The notes under the pieces are model-generated. The model did no database searches. It was not told where the DNA came from and saw nothing but the letters and a program-made list of their open reading frames with translations. Positions 27,009-37,730 of a stretch of DNA of 64,000 bases are shown here, in pieces. Source of the stretch: Gemmatimonadota bacterium (lineage in GTDB: Bacteria; Gemmatimonadota; Gemmatimonadetes; Gemmatimonadales; GWC2-71-9); assembly GCA_036679605.1 (NCBI GenBank), contig JAZDCZ010000254.1, positions 157,807 to 221,806 of the forward strand. The letters run 5' to 3'. Position numbers and translations under genes: made by a program. Positions within the stretch are counted from its first letter, which is position 1. Every line of letters begins with the position of its first letter.

Positions 27009-29282
27009 ATGCGACAACTCAGAATGATCGGCTTGGCTGCCTTGACACTCACTCTGAGTGGGGCAGGCTCGCTGGCGGGTCAAACGACGGCCCGCTCCGA
27101 GGACGCGGCTTCCGCCAACACGTCAAAGGACTGGGAGACGGTGTTCCGGGCCGTACCGGATCCCGACAGCCTGCGCTCCTACATGAAGCGACTGAGCGCC
27201 CGGCCCCATCATGTCGGCTCGGCCTACGACAAAGACAATGCCGAGTGGATTCTGGCGAAACTCAAATCGTGGGGACTGAATGCAAAGATCGAGCGCTTCG
27301 ACGTGCTCTTTCCGACTCCCAAACGCCGAGTGGTGGAGATGGTCGAGCCCACCCGGTTCACAGCAAGCTTGCACGAACCGGCGCTCAAGGTGGATCCGAC
27401 TTCTGACCAGCAGGATGAACAGCTGCCCACCTATAACTCCTACTCGGGCGATGGCGACGTAACCGCGCCCCTCGTGTTCGTGAACTACGGCATTCCGGCC
27501 GACTACGAACAGCTCGATCGGTTGGGAATTTCGGTAGAAGGCAAGATCGTGATCGCGCGCTATGGACGCTCGTGGCGAGGGGTCAAGCCCAAGGTTGCCG
27601 CCGAACATGGGGCCGTCGGCTGCCTCCTGTACTCGGATCCCCGCGACGACGGCTACTTTGGCGGGAACGTGTTCCCAGACGGCCCGATGCGGCCGGAGTT
27701 CGGCGTCCAGCGGGGCAGCGTGTTGGACATTACGCAGCACCCGGGCGACCCGCTCACACCGGGAGTGGGTGCCACCGAGGGTGTCAAGCGCGAGCCGATA
27801 GAGGGCAACCCTAGCATTCAGCGCATCCCGGTCCTGCCACTTTCATATGCGGATGCGCGGCCGCTGCTGACGGCGATCGGCGGTCCACTGGCTCCAGAGG
27901 AGTGGCGGGGAGGTCTGCCTATCACCTATCACGTGGGCCCCGGCCCCGCCACGATACACCTGGCTGTGGAATCGAACTGGGACATCAAGCCGGTCTACAA
28001 CGTCATCGCGCAGATTCCCGGAGCGGTGTACCCGGATGAATGGATCGTCCGAGGCAACCACCACGATGCCTGGGTGAACGGCGCCGAAGACCCGATCTCG
28101 GGCCAAGTCGCACTACTGGAAGAGGCTCGCGGCCTCGGGCAGCTGCTTAGCCAGGGCTGGCAACCGCGCCGCACGATCATCTACGCCGCATGGGACGGGG
28201 AAGAGCCGATGCTGCTCGGCTCCACCGAATGGGCGGAGGAGCACGGCGAAGAGCTTCGCGAACACGCGGTCGTCTACATCAACACGGATAGCAACGGCCG
28301 TGGCTATCTGGGCGTGAGCGGGTCGCACACCCTGCAGCGTTTCATCAACCAGGTTGCCGAGGACGTCCAGGATCCGGAGACGGGCCTGAGCGTTCGGGAG
28401 CGCCGCCGCCGCGCCAACATCGCTCGCGGATCCAAAGAGGAACGTGCCCGGCTCCGACACGGGGGCGACGTGAAGATCTGGGCGCTCGGCTCCGGGTCGG
28501 ACTACACTGCCTTCCTCGACCATCTCGGCGTGGCCTCGCTGGACATCGGCTATGGCGGAGAGGATGACGGCGGCATCTACCACTCCATCTACGACGATTT
28601 CTACTGGTTCACACACTTCTCGGACGTGGATTTCGTCTACGGCCGTTCCCTTGCGCAGACGGTAGGCAGCGCAGTCATTCGGTTGGCCGACACCGACCTT
28701 CTTCCCTACGACTTCACGGGCCTCGCCGAGACTGTGAGCGGCTACGTGACGGAACTCAAGGAGCTTCTGAAGAGCCGGCAGGATAAGGTGGCTGAGCGCA
28801 ACCGGCAGATCGAAGAGGGAGTTTTCACGGCCACGCAAGATCCGAGAAGACCCACTGTCGCACCGAAACGCCAGGACGTGCCCCCTCACCTGAACTTCGC
28901 ACCGCTGGATAATGCTGTGGACGCGCTGAAGGGAAGCGCTCAGGAATACGAAGCGGCACGGAAGGAGTTCAGATCAAAGTCGGGGGACTCCCCGGCAACC
29001 GCTCGGTTGGCTGAACTCAACAAGCTCCTCATCCAGAGCGAGCGCCGGCTGGCGAGTTCGGAGGGGCTGCCTGGCCGCGCCTGGTACAAGCACCTCATCT
29101 ACGCGCCCGGTGAGTACTCCGGCTACGGGGCCAAGACGATTCCCGGGGTCCGTGAGGCAATCGAACTCAAGCGTTACGATGTGGCGGAGGCCGAGATCGG
29201 ACGAGTCGCCCGTGCGCTGATGACGGAGGTGGCGCTCATCAATCAAGCCACGGGGCTGCTAAAGAATCTGCAAGACGGTTGA
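27009..29282 (+). CDS. M28 glutamate carboxypeptidase II-like peptidase (PA and TfR dimer domains)
   Basis: GNHHDAW, WDGEE, GSGSDY, YHSIYD, WYKHLIYAPG. Confidence 0.92.
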   Translation: MRQLRMIGLAALTLTLSGAGSLAGQTTARSEDAASANTSKDWETVFRAVPDPDSLRSYMKRLSARPHHVGSAYDKDNAEWILAKLKSWGLNAKIERFDVLFPTPKRRVVEMVEPTRFTASLHEPALKVDPTSDQQDEQLPTYNSYSGDGDVTAPLVFVNYGIPADYEQLDRLGISVEGKIVIARYGRSWRGVKPKVAAEHGAVGCLLYSDPRDDGYFGGNVFPDGPMRPEFGVQRGSVLDITQHPGDPLTPGVGATEGVKREPIEGNPSIQRIPVLPLSYADARPLLTAIGGPLAPEEWRGGLPITYHVGPGPATIHLAVESNWDIKPVYNVIAQIPGAVYPDEWIVRGNHHDAWVNGAEDPISGQVALLEEARGLGQLLSQGWQPRRTIIYAAWDGEEPMLLGSTEWAEEHGEELREHAVVYINTDSNGRGYLGVSGSHTLQRFINQVAEDVQDPETGLSVRERRRRANIARGSKEERARLRHGGDVKIWALGSGSDYTAFLDHLGVASLDIGYGGEDDGGIYHSIYDDFYWFTHFSDVDFVYGRSLAQTVGSAVIRLADTDLLPYDFTGLAETVSGYVTELKELLKSRQDKVAERNRQIEEGVFTATQDPRRPTVAPKRQDVPPHLNFAPLDNAVDALKGSAQEYEAARKEFRSKSGDSPATARLAELNKLLIQSERRLASSEGLPGRAWYKHLIYAPGEYSGYGAKTIPGVREAIELKRYDVAEAEIGRVARALMTEVALINQATGLLKNLQDG

Positions 29283-29333
29283 GCCGCGAGGAGGGGGGGA
29301 GATGGAAGTGGGGGATTCGACCGCGGCATTCGC

Positions 29334-29618
29334 GTGGGCGGGTCGGAGCAGTCCTACGCAATCGCCCTACTCGATGTGGATCGCGACGGTGATATCGATG
29401 TCGTGGTGGCAAACGTTCGGGGACGAAACGAACTCTACCTGAATGATGGTTCGGGAACGACTTGGACTCGCAGCATGATCGGGGACGAATCCTCCGTCAC
29501 CTATGGCGTGGCCACCGCCGACCTCAACGGAGACGGGTTCCCCGATCTCGGGTTCGCCAATTCGGGCAGCACCAACCTGATCTTCCTCAACGTCGCGGCC
29601 GAACGTAACCGGGACTAG
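29334..29618 (+). pseudogene. FG-GAP repeat C-terminal fragment
   Basis: DVDRDGDIDVVVAN and DLNGDGFPDL; only two blades, no signal peptide. Confidence 0.6.
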
Positions 29619-29631
29619 GAGACCACGCCGG

Positions 29632-30765
29632 CTAGCGCTTCACCACAATCTGGATCTCCACGTTTGATCGCCCCATGAGGCGACTTCCCACCACCGTGGG
29701 CTCCGGCGCGTCAGTTCCCAGTGTCTCGTCCAGTACGGCGCGCACGGCATCCCAGTCTCGAACGTCGGCCAAATAGACCCACACGTTCTCGACATCCCCG
29801 AAACCCACAGAGGCGGCGTCGAGGGTCGATCTGATTCTGTCCAACGCGGCCCGGGCCTCCTCCGCTGCGTCACCACCCCGCCCGGTCATTCCAGCGACGT
29901 ACACGCGATCACCCGTATCGATTCCGGGCGAGAACGGGAATCGCCGACGGGCTTGTCCCTCGGCGAGCACTACGCTTCTGTCCGACGACGACACCGCCAC
30001 GCACTGAATTTCAGTGGAAAACGCGACGTTCATGAGCGCCGCACGCACGGTCGCACGTGCCGGAGGATCCTCGACGCTTACAAATTCCGCATAAGCCTCA
30101 TTCATGCTACCGAAGCTTCGAGGGTCATCGAGGAAGACTCGGCAGGTGACCAGATCTGCGAAGCTCATCCCAGCCTCCTTCAGCACTAATCCGATGTTGC
30201 CGAAGACCCGACGTGTCTGCGTCGCCACATCACCCGTTACGGGTTGGTAGGTCTCCGGGCTCCTGCTGGTCGCTCCAGAGAGAAATAGCATGTTAGCCAC
30301 CTTGATTCCCCAAGAATACGGCAGCTCCGGAGATCTCAAGCCGCCCGGCGTAACGATCTCCTTGGGGCCACCGGCCGCCACGACCGAGATCTGGATGAGA
30401 GCCTCGGGATCCAGCAAGTCGGCTTGAACCGTTGCCCGAGTGGGAGGCCTTGTCTGGAAATAAGTACGATAGACTCCGTTCATCGCCTGGAAGTGGCGCG
30501 TGTCCCTCAGGAACACGTTGGAGACCACCACATCGGAGTAGTCGAGGCCGCGCTTCCGCAGCGCCTCACCCAGATTGTCGAGCATGACGGCGGTCTGCTC
30601 TTCGACGCCGACGACCGCCATCCCTCCCGACTCGGTGCCGATCACATTCGAGATATAGACCAGCTCCGCGCCTTGCGCCGAGATCCGTACCGGCGACACG
30701 AACGCGAGAAGCAGCAGGCACCCAATTACGGTGCGTCGAAAGCACGGTACATGCTTCATACTCAT
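29632..30765 (-). CDS. Signal-peptide protein with three tandem RidA/YjgF domains
   Basis: PPTRATV, PYSWG...PPARATV, PFSPG...VEIQ. Confidence 0.82.
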   Translation of the reverse strand: MSMKHVPCFRRTVIGCLLLLAFVSPVRISAQGAELVYISNVIGTESGGMAVVGVEEQTAVMLDNLGEALRKRGLDYSDVVVSNVFLRDTRHFQAMNGVYRTYFQTRPPTRATVQADLLDPEALIQISVVAAGGPKEIVTPGGLRSPELPYSWGIKVANMLFLSGATSRSPETYQPVTGDVATQTRRVFGNIGLVLKEAGMSFADLVTCRVFLDDPRSFGSMNEAYAEFVSVEDPPARATVRAALMNVAFSTEIQCVAVSSSDRSVVLAEGQARRRFPFSPGIDTGDRVYVAGMTGRGGDAAEEARAALDRIRSTLDAASVGFGDVENVWVYLADVRDWDAVRAVLDETLGTDAPEPTVVGSRLMGRSNVEIQIVVKR

Positions 30766-30771
30766 GCCAAG

Positions 30772-31719
30772 CTAATCAATGACAATTGTTTTCAAATGGG
30801 TCGGCGTTATCACTTTGGAATTAGGTGAAATGGCCGCAACCGCTCTGATAAAAGGTACAATGTTTCTGACAACGGCGGCCTCTTGAGAAAACCCATAAGG
30901 CAATCGGAAGTTATCCCAATGGGTGGGTATGATGATGGGTGGATTGCCGGTGACTTTCAGTAACCGTTCGTCATAATTATAAAGGCCCAACGTGGAGCCA
31001 TTGACCCCGGCCAAGAGTATATCAGGGCTGATGCCTTCCAATTCCCGCTCAACGAAATTCATCGAGCCCATGGTCAGCACATTATGATGATCGAACCGGG
31101 CTAAGAACATTAGCGAACCACCTTCGATGAACTGATTTATTCTGAGCGGCGCTTCAATATCACTGTCGCGGTTCAAGCGCCTAGAATCGAAATAATGCTT
31201 TTCGCCCAAAGCCGAGTGAATGGATGGCACAACCCGAACCGAGAAGTTTTCGAACTGATAATCTTCGCCGCCACCGACAGCATAAAGCTGTTTGTCTGGA
31301 ATGCCGTAGGCACGCAAGATGGTGATGGTTGTTTCCGTACCAATCACTTTGGCGCCGGTCTTTTTGGCGATGTAGGGCACATCTCCTAAATGATCAAAAT
31401 GCCCATGATGCACCAAAATAAAATCGGCCCGAGTAATGATGCTATCAATTAAATCCGTATCCGATTGGGCCACGTCATCGCGCGCAAAACTCGGGCGGTC
31501 ATCGTTGGGATCGCCGCCGCCGCCATATTTCAAACGCGAGATATAAGGATCGATGAGCACAACAACGTTGCCATCAGATATTTCCCAACCCGCAGCGCCC
31601 AGATACTTCAATTGCAGGGGTGCACTATGCTCTTCGCTCTGCGCGCCAGCTTGCGACGTTAAAAGCGCCACACAAAACATGGCGACAAACACTAAGATCA
31701 ATTTGCTAAAACGTTTCAT
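30772..31719 (-). CDS. Exported MBL-fold metallo-hydrolase
   Basis: LIDPY, HHGHFDH, IPTHWD; visibly lower GC than flanks. Confidence 0.87.
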   Translation of the reverse strand: MKRFSKLILVFVAMFCVALLTSQAGAQSEEHSAPLQLKYLGAAGWEISDGNVVVLIDPYISRLKYGGGGDPNDDRPSFARDDVAQSDTDLIDSIITRADFILVHHGHFDHLGDVPYIAKKTGAKVIGTETTITILRAYGIPDKQLYAVGGGEDYQFENFSVRVVPSIHSALGEKHYFDSRRLNRDSDIEAPLRINQFIEGGSLMFLARFDHHNVLTMGSMNFVERELEGISPDILLAGVNGSTLGLYNYDERLLKVTGNPPIIIPTHWDNFRLPYGFSQEAAVVRNIVPFIRAVAAISPNSKVITPTHLKTIVID

Positions 31720-31918
31720 AATATTCTCCTAGTCGCGCGCCTCAATTTCAATTTCCAGCGTGTGGCCAAGCGGCAACGATGCCACGCCGCCTTTGCCGAG
31801 GTGGCGGTCCGCGTAGGCAGATTTCAGACGCGCCGACTGCTCCGATATATAAAGGAAAGATGCGGCCTGGCAGGATGGAACGCGAGCCCGGCAACGTCGT
31901 TGAACGTTGACGCAAGAA

Positions 31919-31939
31919 TTGTCACAACGCCCACCTACG
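31919..31939 (+). repeat. Isolated copy of the arm-like motif at 5293-5313
   Basis: TTGTCACAACGCCCACCTACG vs TTGTCACAACGCCCACCGACG (20/21). Confidence 0.7.
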
Positions 31940-31981
31940 CTCATCGCGGAACCGCTGTGACCCCTCCGACTGTTAGGCATA

Positions 31982-33145
31982 GTGTCCTTTGGTCCCAACC
32001 CAGCAATCCGAGGAGTACCCGGTTTGGTAATCAGTCTGCTGTTGCTTGGCGCGACATGCCTCCTAGCGTATTCAAACGGGGCGAACGACAACTTCAAGGG
32101 TGTCGCTTCCCTCTTCGGCAGTGAGACGACGGACTACCGTACCGCCATCGCCTGGGGCACGCTCACCACACTCCTCGGCTCCGTCGCTTCGGTGGTCCTG
32201 GCTCAGGGACTCCTGGCAGCATTCTCCGGGAAGGGACTCGTTCCTTCCTCAGTTGCCGGTGGGGAGTTGTTCCTCCTAGCCGTGGCGGCCGGAGCCGGCG
32301 GAACGGTCATCCTCGCCACGATTTTGGGCTTCCCGGTCTCTACGACGCACAGCTTGGTGGGAGCAATCGTCGGTGCCGGCTTGCTTGGTGCCGGTAGTGG
32401 TCTGGACCTCACCGTCCTCGCCACGAGTTTCATCGCGCCGCTTCTCGTGAGCCCCTTTGTAGCGGTTTTGCTGGCCGGCGTCCTCTATTGGGTGCTACAC
32501 CGTGGCCGACTCTGGTGGGGGATCACTAAGCACACTTGCGTGTGTGTTGGTGAAGCGGTGCCATCCCTCGAGTTGGCGGGCGGCTCCCTCGCGATGCTCC
32601 AGCAGACTACTCCAGGGGTCAGTCTGACTATAGACACTGAACATCGCTGCCAAGAGCGGTACGCCGGGCGTTTCGCGGGCGTGCATTGGCAACGACTCAT
32701 GGATGCAGCGCATTTTCTGAGCGCGGGTGTCGTTTCCTTCGCCCGCGGATTGAACGACACCCCGAAGATCGCTGCCCTACTTCTGGTCGTTCAAGTGGTG
32801 GACGTTAGGGGCGGACTGATCGTGGTAGGCGTGGCGATCGCTGCCGGCGGCCTTCTCAGCGCACGACGCGTTGGGATGACCATGGGTCGTAGGATCACGT
32901 CCATGAACCATGGTCAGGGGTTCGCCGCAAACATTGCTACCGGCATCCTGGTAATCTGGGCCAGTCGACTCGGCTTACCAGTGTCCACGACGCACGTGTC
33001 GGTGGGTTCCCTTTTTGGTATCGGCGTCACCACCGGGCAAGCCAACGTCGCGGTGATGCGGAATGTCGTTCTCTCTTGGGTGCTCACCTTGCCATGTGCT
33101 GCGGTTCTTGCCGCCGTGGTCTACACCCTGGTGGCAATCCTATAG
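31982..33145 (+). CDS. PiT family inorganic phosphate/anion transporter (start uncertain)
   Basis: NGANDN, PVSTTHS, GLNDTPK, PVSTTHV. Confidence 0.88.
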   Translation: MSFGPNPAIRGVPGLVISLLLLGATCLLAYSNGANDNFKGVASLFGSETTDYRTAIAWGTLTTLLGSVASVVLAQGLLAAFSGKGLVPSSVAGGELFLLAVAAGAGGTVILATILGFPVSTTHSLVGAIVGAGLLGAGSGLDLTVLATSFIAPLLVSPFVAVLLAGVLYWVLHRGRLWWGITKHTCVCVGEAVPSLELAGGSLAMLQQTTPGVSLTIDTEHRCQERYAGRFAGVHWQRLMDAAHFLSAGVVSFARGLNDTPKIAALLLVVQVVDVRGGLIVVGVAIAAGGLLSARRVGMTMGRRITSMNHGQGFAANIATGILVIWASRLGLPVSTTHVSVGSLFGIGVTTGQANVAVMRNVVLSWVLTLPCAAVLAAVVYTLVAIL

Positions 33146-33192
33146 ATAGCGACTCGATCGGATGAACGCCGACGGCGGGGTTCGTCTCTAGA

Positions 33193-33304
33193 AGGACCAG
33201 TTGACGATCGCCCTCGTCGCGATTCCCGTTGTCTTTCACTCCGCGCGCCGATTCGGAATCGACAGATGGCTCTACGCACGTTGGCCTCGAGCCAGGATCT
33301 GGTA
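33193..33304 (+). pseudogene. Possible DoxX-type C-terminal relic
   Basis: KDQLTIALVAIPVVFHSARRFGIDRWLYARWPRARIW-stop with no start. Confidence 0.35.
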
Positions 33305-33446
33305 GTGGCGCCCACAGGTACCCTGACTGAGCGTTGTCAGGTATCTTGACTACACATCTTTCTGACATAACCAGCCCGATGCTGGTGGCGCCTGGCCATT
33401 TCGTTCCAGACCGCCCCCATGCACCGCGACACACGAAAGGATCTGT

Positions 33447-34643
33447 ATGGCCCAGCTCAGGACCGTAATCCCGCCCACTGATGCGCCGGGCGAGGATCAC
33501 CATAACGACATAATTCATCCGGCAACGCTCCCATTCGTGCTGGCCCACGTGGTCTGTGTGGCCGCGATCTGGACCGGAGTGACCGCCCAGGCCCTCGCCA
33601 TCTGTGCAGCTCTGTACCTCGTGCGCATGTTCGCGGTGACGGCCGGGTATCACCGATATTTCTCTCACCGGACGTTCCGGACCAGCCGGGTAGGTCAGTT
33701 CGTGCTCGCTTGGGTCGCCCAGAGCACTGCCCAGCGGGGGATCCTCTGGTGGGCGGCGAAGCACCGGCAGCACCACAAGTATTCCGATACCGCGCTCGAT
33801 ATCCACTCGCCCCGGCAACAGGGTTTCTGGTATGCACACGTAGGATGGATCTTTGCGCCGAAGCAATGTGAAATCGACTACGCCACGATTCCGGACCTCG
33901 CCAAGTATCGAGAGTTGGTGTGGTTGGACAAGCATCCCTACCTGCCGGCCATCGTCCTGGGCACAGTGACGTGGCTCGCAACAGGGTGGACGGGACTCAT
34001 AGTGGGCTTCTTCTGGAGCACGGTACTGCTGTATCACTGCACGTTCTTCATTAATTCCCTAGCGCACGTGCACGGCAATCAGCGGTACGTGACGGGTGAT
34101 GACTCGCGCAACAACTGGTGGCTGGCGCTGATCACTCTCGGCGAGGGGTGGCACAACAACCATCACGCCTACATGGCGTCGACGCGACAGGGATTCCGCT
34201 GGTGGGAAGTGGATTTCACCTATTACATGCTCAAGATGCTCTCTTGGGCGCGCGTCGTATCACACCTAAGCGAGCCACCGAAGGCACTGGTCCGAAACGA
34301 GAAGAGGTTGGGGCGTGGCATGATCGAGAAGGTCGCCCGACACCTCGCGGCCACGTCTGTATCGGTCGAACGGATCGGTGCGGAAATGCGGGAAGCGTGG
34401 GCCAACACACCCACCATGGATGAACTCCGCGAGCGCGCCCGAACTGCCCGCTCCGATGCAATCGCGATGCTGGCCGATATGCACCTGCCCGATGTACCCA
34501 CCGTAGAGGAACTGCGCGCGCGCGCGCGGCAGATGTTCGCGGCCACGCCGTCGCTGGACGACATTGTGCTTCGAGCGCGGGAACTCATTCTCGAGGCGCT
34601 CACAGCCGAGCTGCTGCCGGCGCCGACACCGGAGACCGCGTAA
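33447..34643 (+). CDS. Acyl-CoA (delta-9 type) fatty acid desaturase
   Basis: HRYFSH, HRQHH, GEGWHNNHH His boxes. Confidence 0.93.
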   Translation: MAQLRTVIPPTDAPGEDHHNDIIHPATLPFVLAHVVCVAAIWTGVTAQALAICAALYLVRMFAVTAGYHRYFSHRTFRTSRVGQFVLAWVAQSTAQRGILWWAAKHRQHHKYSDTALDIHSPRQQGFWYAHVGWIFAPKQCEIDYATIPDLAKYRELVWLDKHPYLPAIVLGTVTWLATGWTGLIVGFFWSTVLLYHCTFFINSLAHVHGNQRYVTGDDSRNNWWLALITLGEGWHNNHHAYMASTRQGFRWWEVDFTYYMLKMLSWARVVSHLSEPPKALVRNEKRLGRGMIEKVARHLAATSVSVERIGAEMREAWANTPTMDELRERARTARSDAIAMLADMHLPDVPTVEELRARARQMFAATPSLDDIVLRARELILEALTAELLPAPTPETA

Positions 34644-34680
34644 CACTACCACCGACTCCCGACATCTGGAGGCAAACGTC

Positions 34681-37227
34681 ATGTTCGCGTTGAGGCACAC
34701 TCGCCGTGCGACCCTAACAGTAATCCTTCTCCTGGCAGCGGCCGTTCCAGTCATTACCCAGGCACAGGAACAGCACCCGGAAGCCGTCACGAAGGAGACC
34801 TACCTCCGCCCGGCACCTGATGTCGCAGAGGCAGTACTGGCACCGCGGCACCTGAACGTGACACTGGGTAATCCAAGCCCTGATGGACGCTTCTTCCTGC
34901 ACCAGCGGGGCGAAGGGGCGCCGACCATCGCGACATTCGCGAAACCGTTCTACCGACTGGGCGGCATGCAGATCGATTGGAGAGCAAACCGAGAGCGTCG
35001 GATGACAACGCGGAGCGGCACCGCTCTCAACGTGACCGACGGGGAGAGCGGCAACAGCACTGCAATCCAGGTACCGGACGGAGCCGGCGTCTCCTCGCCC
35101 ACTTGGTCACCGGATGGATCGCAAATTGCCTTTTTCGTACACTTGGAAGACGCGACACACATATTCGTGGCCGACCCCACGAGCGGCAGGTCGCGTCAGG
35201 TGACGCGGAAACCCGTGCTTGCCACTCTCCAAACGTCGTTCGAGTGGACACCTGATTCGCGCTCGATCGTTACGGTGCTCGTGCCCGATAACCGTGGCGC
35301 TCCACCGGTCGAGCCACAGGTTCCCACGGGACCGCAGGTCCGCATCACCACCCCCGACAAGAACAGGCTTCGCACGTACCCGGATCTGTTAGAGGGCCCC
35401 CACGAGAAAGCATTGGTCGAATACTATAGCACCGGCCAGCTAGCGGTTGTCGACGTAAGGCGCCGTCGAGCGCGCACACTCGGCCAGCCGGCCATGATCA
35501 GAGAGATAGAAGTTTCTCCTGACGGCAACTACTTGCGCGTGAGCACAATGCAAACGCCGTTCTCCTACATCGCACCGACACGCCAGGCCGGAACTAAAGA
35601 TGAACTGTGGACCATGGAGGATGGAGCCATAGTGGCTCTCTTGAGCGAACAAGAAGTCCGCGATGGCACTTCCACCGACTCGACGGCGAGCGACGCCGAC
35701 CCTGACAAGCGCAATTTTGCATGGCGTCCTGACGGCAGTTTGGGCTTTCTCCAGATGGTACCTGAACGGGACGGAGACAGTACCGCGAGCGACGAAGACC
35801 ACGTTGGGGATCGTGTCTTCCAGTGGCTGCCACCATACGACTCGGCGTCGACAACAGTGATCTACGAGAGCAACAGCAAGCTCTCCAGCGTGCGGTACTC
35901 GACGGATGCACAGACACTGTTCCTCACCGAGCAGACTGGCGAGAGGGTTCACGAATATGCCGTGCTGCTCAGCGATCCTGAGACAAAACACACGATCTGG
36001 CGGGGTAAGAGAACCCGTTTCAGCTTCCGACGGGGCACACCCAGGCTCCTCACGAGAACGCTGGATAACGGCGCCTCGGTGGTGCGGACGTCGCTGGACG
36101 GAGCCAGCGTATTCATGTCCGGGATCGACTACGCCGACGACCCGATGACCGAGGGACCGACATCCTACATCGAGCGAATCGAGATTGAGTCGGGTGACAA
36201 GGAACGTGTCTACGAAAGTGAGAATGACGGCGTGTACGAGCGTGTGCTCGGGGTGTTGAACGACGACGCTACACAGTTGCTCGTTTCACGGGAAGGTCCC
36301 GTGGACGTGCCGGACTCCTACTTGCGCAACGTCTCGACCGGCACTCTAAAGCAGCTCACGGAGAACACCGACTACACACCTGACATCACACATGCACAGC
36401 GCACACGTTACGCCGTCAGCCGAGTGGATGGATTCGAGTTTGCGGTCGACGTGACACTGCCGCGGGACTGGTCCGGTGAGCGACTGCCCGGCATGATATG
36501 GTTCTACCCGCGGGAGTACACCGACCAGGACGGTTACGACGAGACCCGCGAGACATACAACAAGAACGCGTTCCCCAACCTGCGCGCACGGTCAATGGAT
36601 ATCTTGGTGGAGGCAGGCTACGCCGTGATCGAGCCGGACGCACCCATCATTGGAGATCGTGGCAGGATGAACGACAACTACGTCAACGACCTGAGGAACA
36701 ACCTCGCGGCGACAATAGATTTTCTCGACAAGAAAGGCATCGTCGATCGCGAGCGCATGGGCGTGGGCGGGCACAGCTACGGCGCCTTCGGCGCAGTGAA
36801 CGCAATGGTGCACACTCCGTTCTTCAAGGCTGGTATCGCTGGTGACGGAAACTACAATCGCACCCTGACTCCATTCTCGTTCCAGTCGGAGCGACGCACA
36901 CTGTGGCAATCGAAGGATACGTACTTCTCCATGTCACCGCTGTTCTTTGCCGACCACCTGAACGGCGCGCTGCTGATGTACCACGGCGCGGACGATCAGA
37001 ACACCGGTACATTCCCGATCAACTCTTGGAGATTGTTCGAATCACTGGAGTCACTGGGCAAGACCGCTGCGCTGTACGTGTACCCGTTCGAGGAACACGG
37101 ACCCGCCACGGAAGAGACGTTGTTGGACTTGTGGGCGCGCTGGACCGCCTGGCTCGACAAGTATGTAAAGAACGCGGGGCAGGAAGAGAAGATTACCACG
37201 GACGCGGTGGGCGCAGGCAGTAATTAG
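34681..37227 (+). CDS. S9 prolyl oligopeptidase family serine peptidase
   Basis: GHSYG, HGADD, EEHG; beta-propeller N-terminus; GGAGG RBS. Confidence 0.92.
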   Translation: MFALRHTRRATLTVILLLAAAVPVITQAQEQHPEAVTKETYLRPAPDVAEAVLAPRHLNVTLGNPSPDGRFFLHQRGEGAPTIATFAKPFYRLGGMQIDWRANRERRMTTRSGTALNVTDGESGNSTAIQVPDGAGVSSPTWSPDGSQIAFFVHLEDATHIFVADPTSGRSRQVTRKPVLATLQTSFEWTPDSRSIVTVLVPDNRGAPPVEPQVPTGPQVRITTPDKNRLRTYPDLLEGPHEKALVEYYSTGQLAVVDVRRRRARTLGQPAMIREIEVSPDGNYLRVSTMQTPFSYIAPTRQAGTKDELWTMEDGAIVALLSEQEVRDGTSTDSTASDADPDKRNFAWRPDGSLGFLQMVPERDGDSTASDEDHVGDRVFQWLPPYDSASTTVIYESNSKLSSVRYSTDAQTLFLTEQTGERVHEYAVLLSDPETKHTIWRGKRTRFSFRRGTPRLLTRTLDNGASVVRTSLDGASVFMSGIDYADDPMTEGPTSYIERIEIESGDKERVYESENDGVYERVLGVLNDDATQLLVSREGPVDVPDSYLRNVSTGTLKQLTENTDYTPDITHAQRTRYAVSRVDGFEFAVDVTLPRDWSGERLPGMIWFYPREYTDQDGYDETRETYNKNAFPNLRARSMDILVEAGYAVIEPDAPIIGDRGRMNDNYVNDLRNNLAATIDFLDKKGIVDRERMGVGGHSYGAFGAVNAMVHTPFFKAGIAGDGNYNRTLTPFSFQSERRTLWQSKDTYFSMSPLFFADHLNGALLMYHGADDQNTGTFPINSWRLFESLESLGKTAALYVYPFEEHGPATEETLLDLWARWTAWLDKYVKNAGQEEKITTDAVGAGSN

Positions 37228-37249
37228 AACAAGGGATAGTGGGACAGAA

Positions 37250-37285
37250 GAGACCGATAGGACGAAGTGATTGCCCTATCGGTCT
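37250..37285 (+). terminator. Hairpin after the S9 peptidase
   Basis: GAGACCGATAGG...CCTATCGGTCTC. Confidence 0.55.
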
Positions 37286-37319
37286 CCTTGTTGTCACACT
37301 GCCCTACCGAACCGCTCAG

Positions 37320-37642
37320 GATGCCTATGGACCACGGACCGGATACTTGCTATTCGACAATTGATGTGCGAGACCGCGCAGTTCGGGCGGGCGGAAGCGT
37401 ACGGGGCGTACAGTCGTGAATTGGTGGACCTGATCTCCGTCCAGCCGTACTGCCGGATCCAGAACGTCGTCGAGGCGGGCATCGCGAAACGCCAAACGCC
37501 ACTGTCTATCTCAAGAAGCTTTGCAAGGTGGACGTGCTCCAAGAACTCATGGTCGGTCGCGAGAAATTGTTCATCAATTCACGCCTCATGCGACTGCTCA
37601 CCGCCGAGGATCCCGGCGACCTGACGTTCCCGCCACCGTAGC
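37320..37642 (+). pseudogene. Fic family C-terminal relic, frameshifted
   Basis: YSRELVDLISVQPYCRIQNVVEAGIAKRQT, then LYLKKLCKVDVLQELMVGREKLFIN in another frame. Confidence 0.7.
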
Positions 37643-37730
37643 GCATCGCCAATCCCAATCGAAAGCGATCTTGAAGGACGGCGGCGTGGGGTGGCAGACG
37701 TGCATGCCTCCAAGAGGCGGCAGCCACATG

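Noticed and set aside
31972..31978. GTTAGGC cassette start before the PiT gene
   Set aside because: No attC at the end of the gene.
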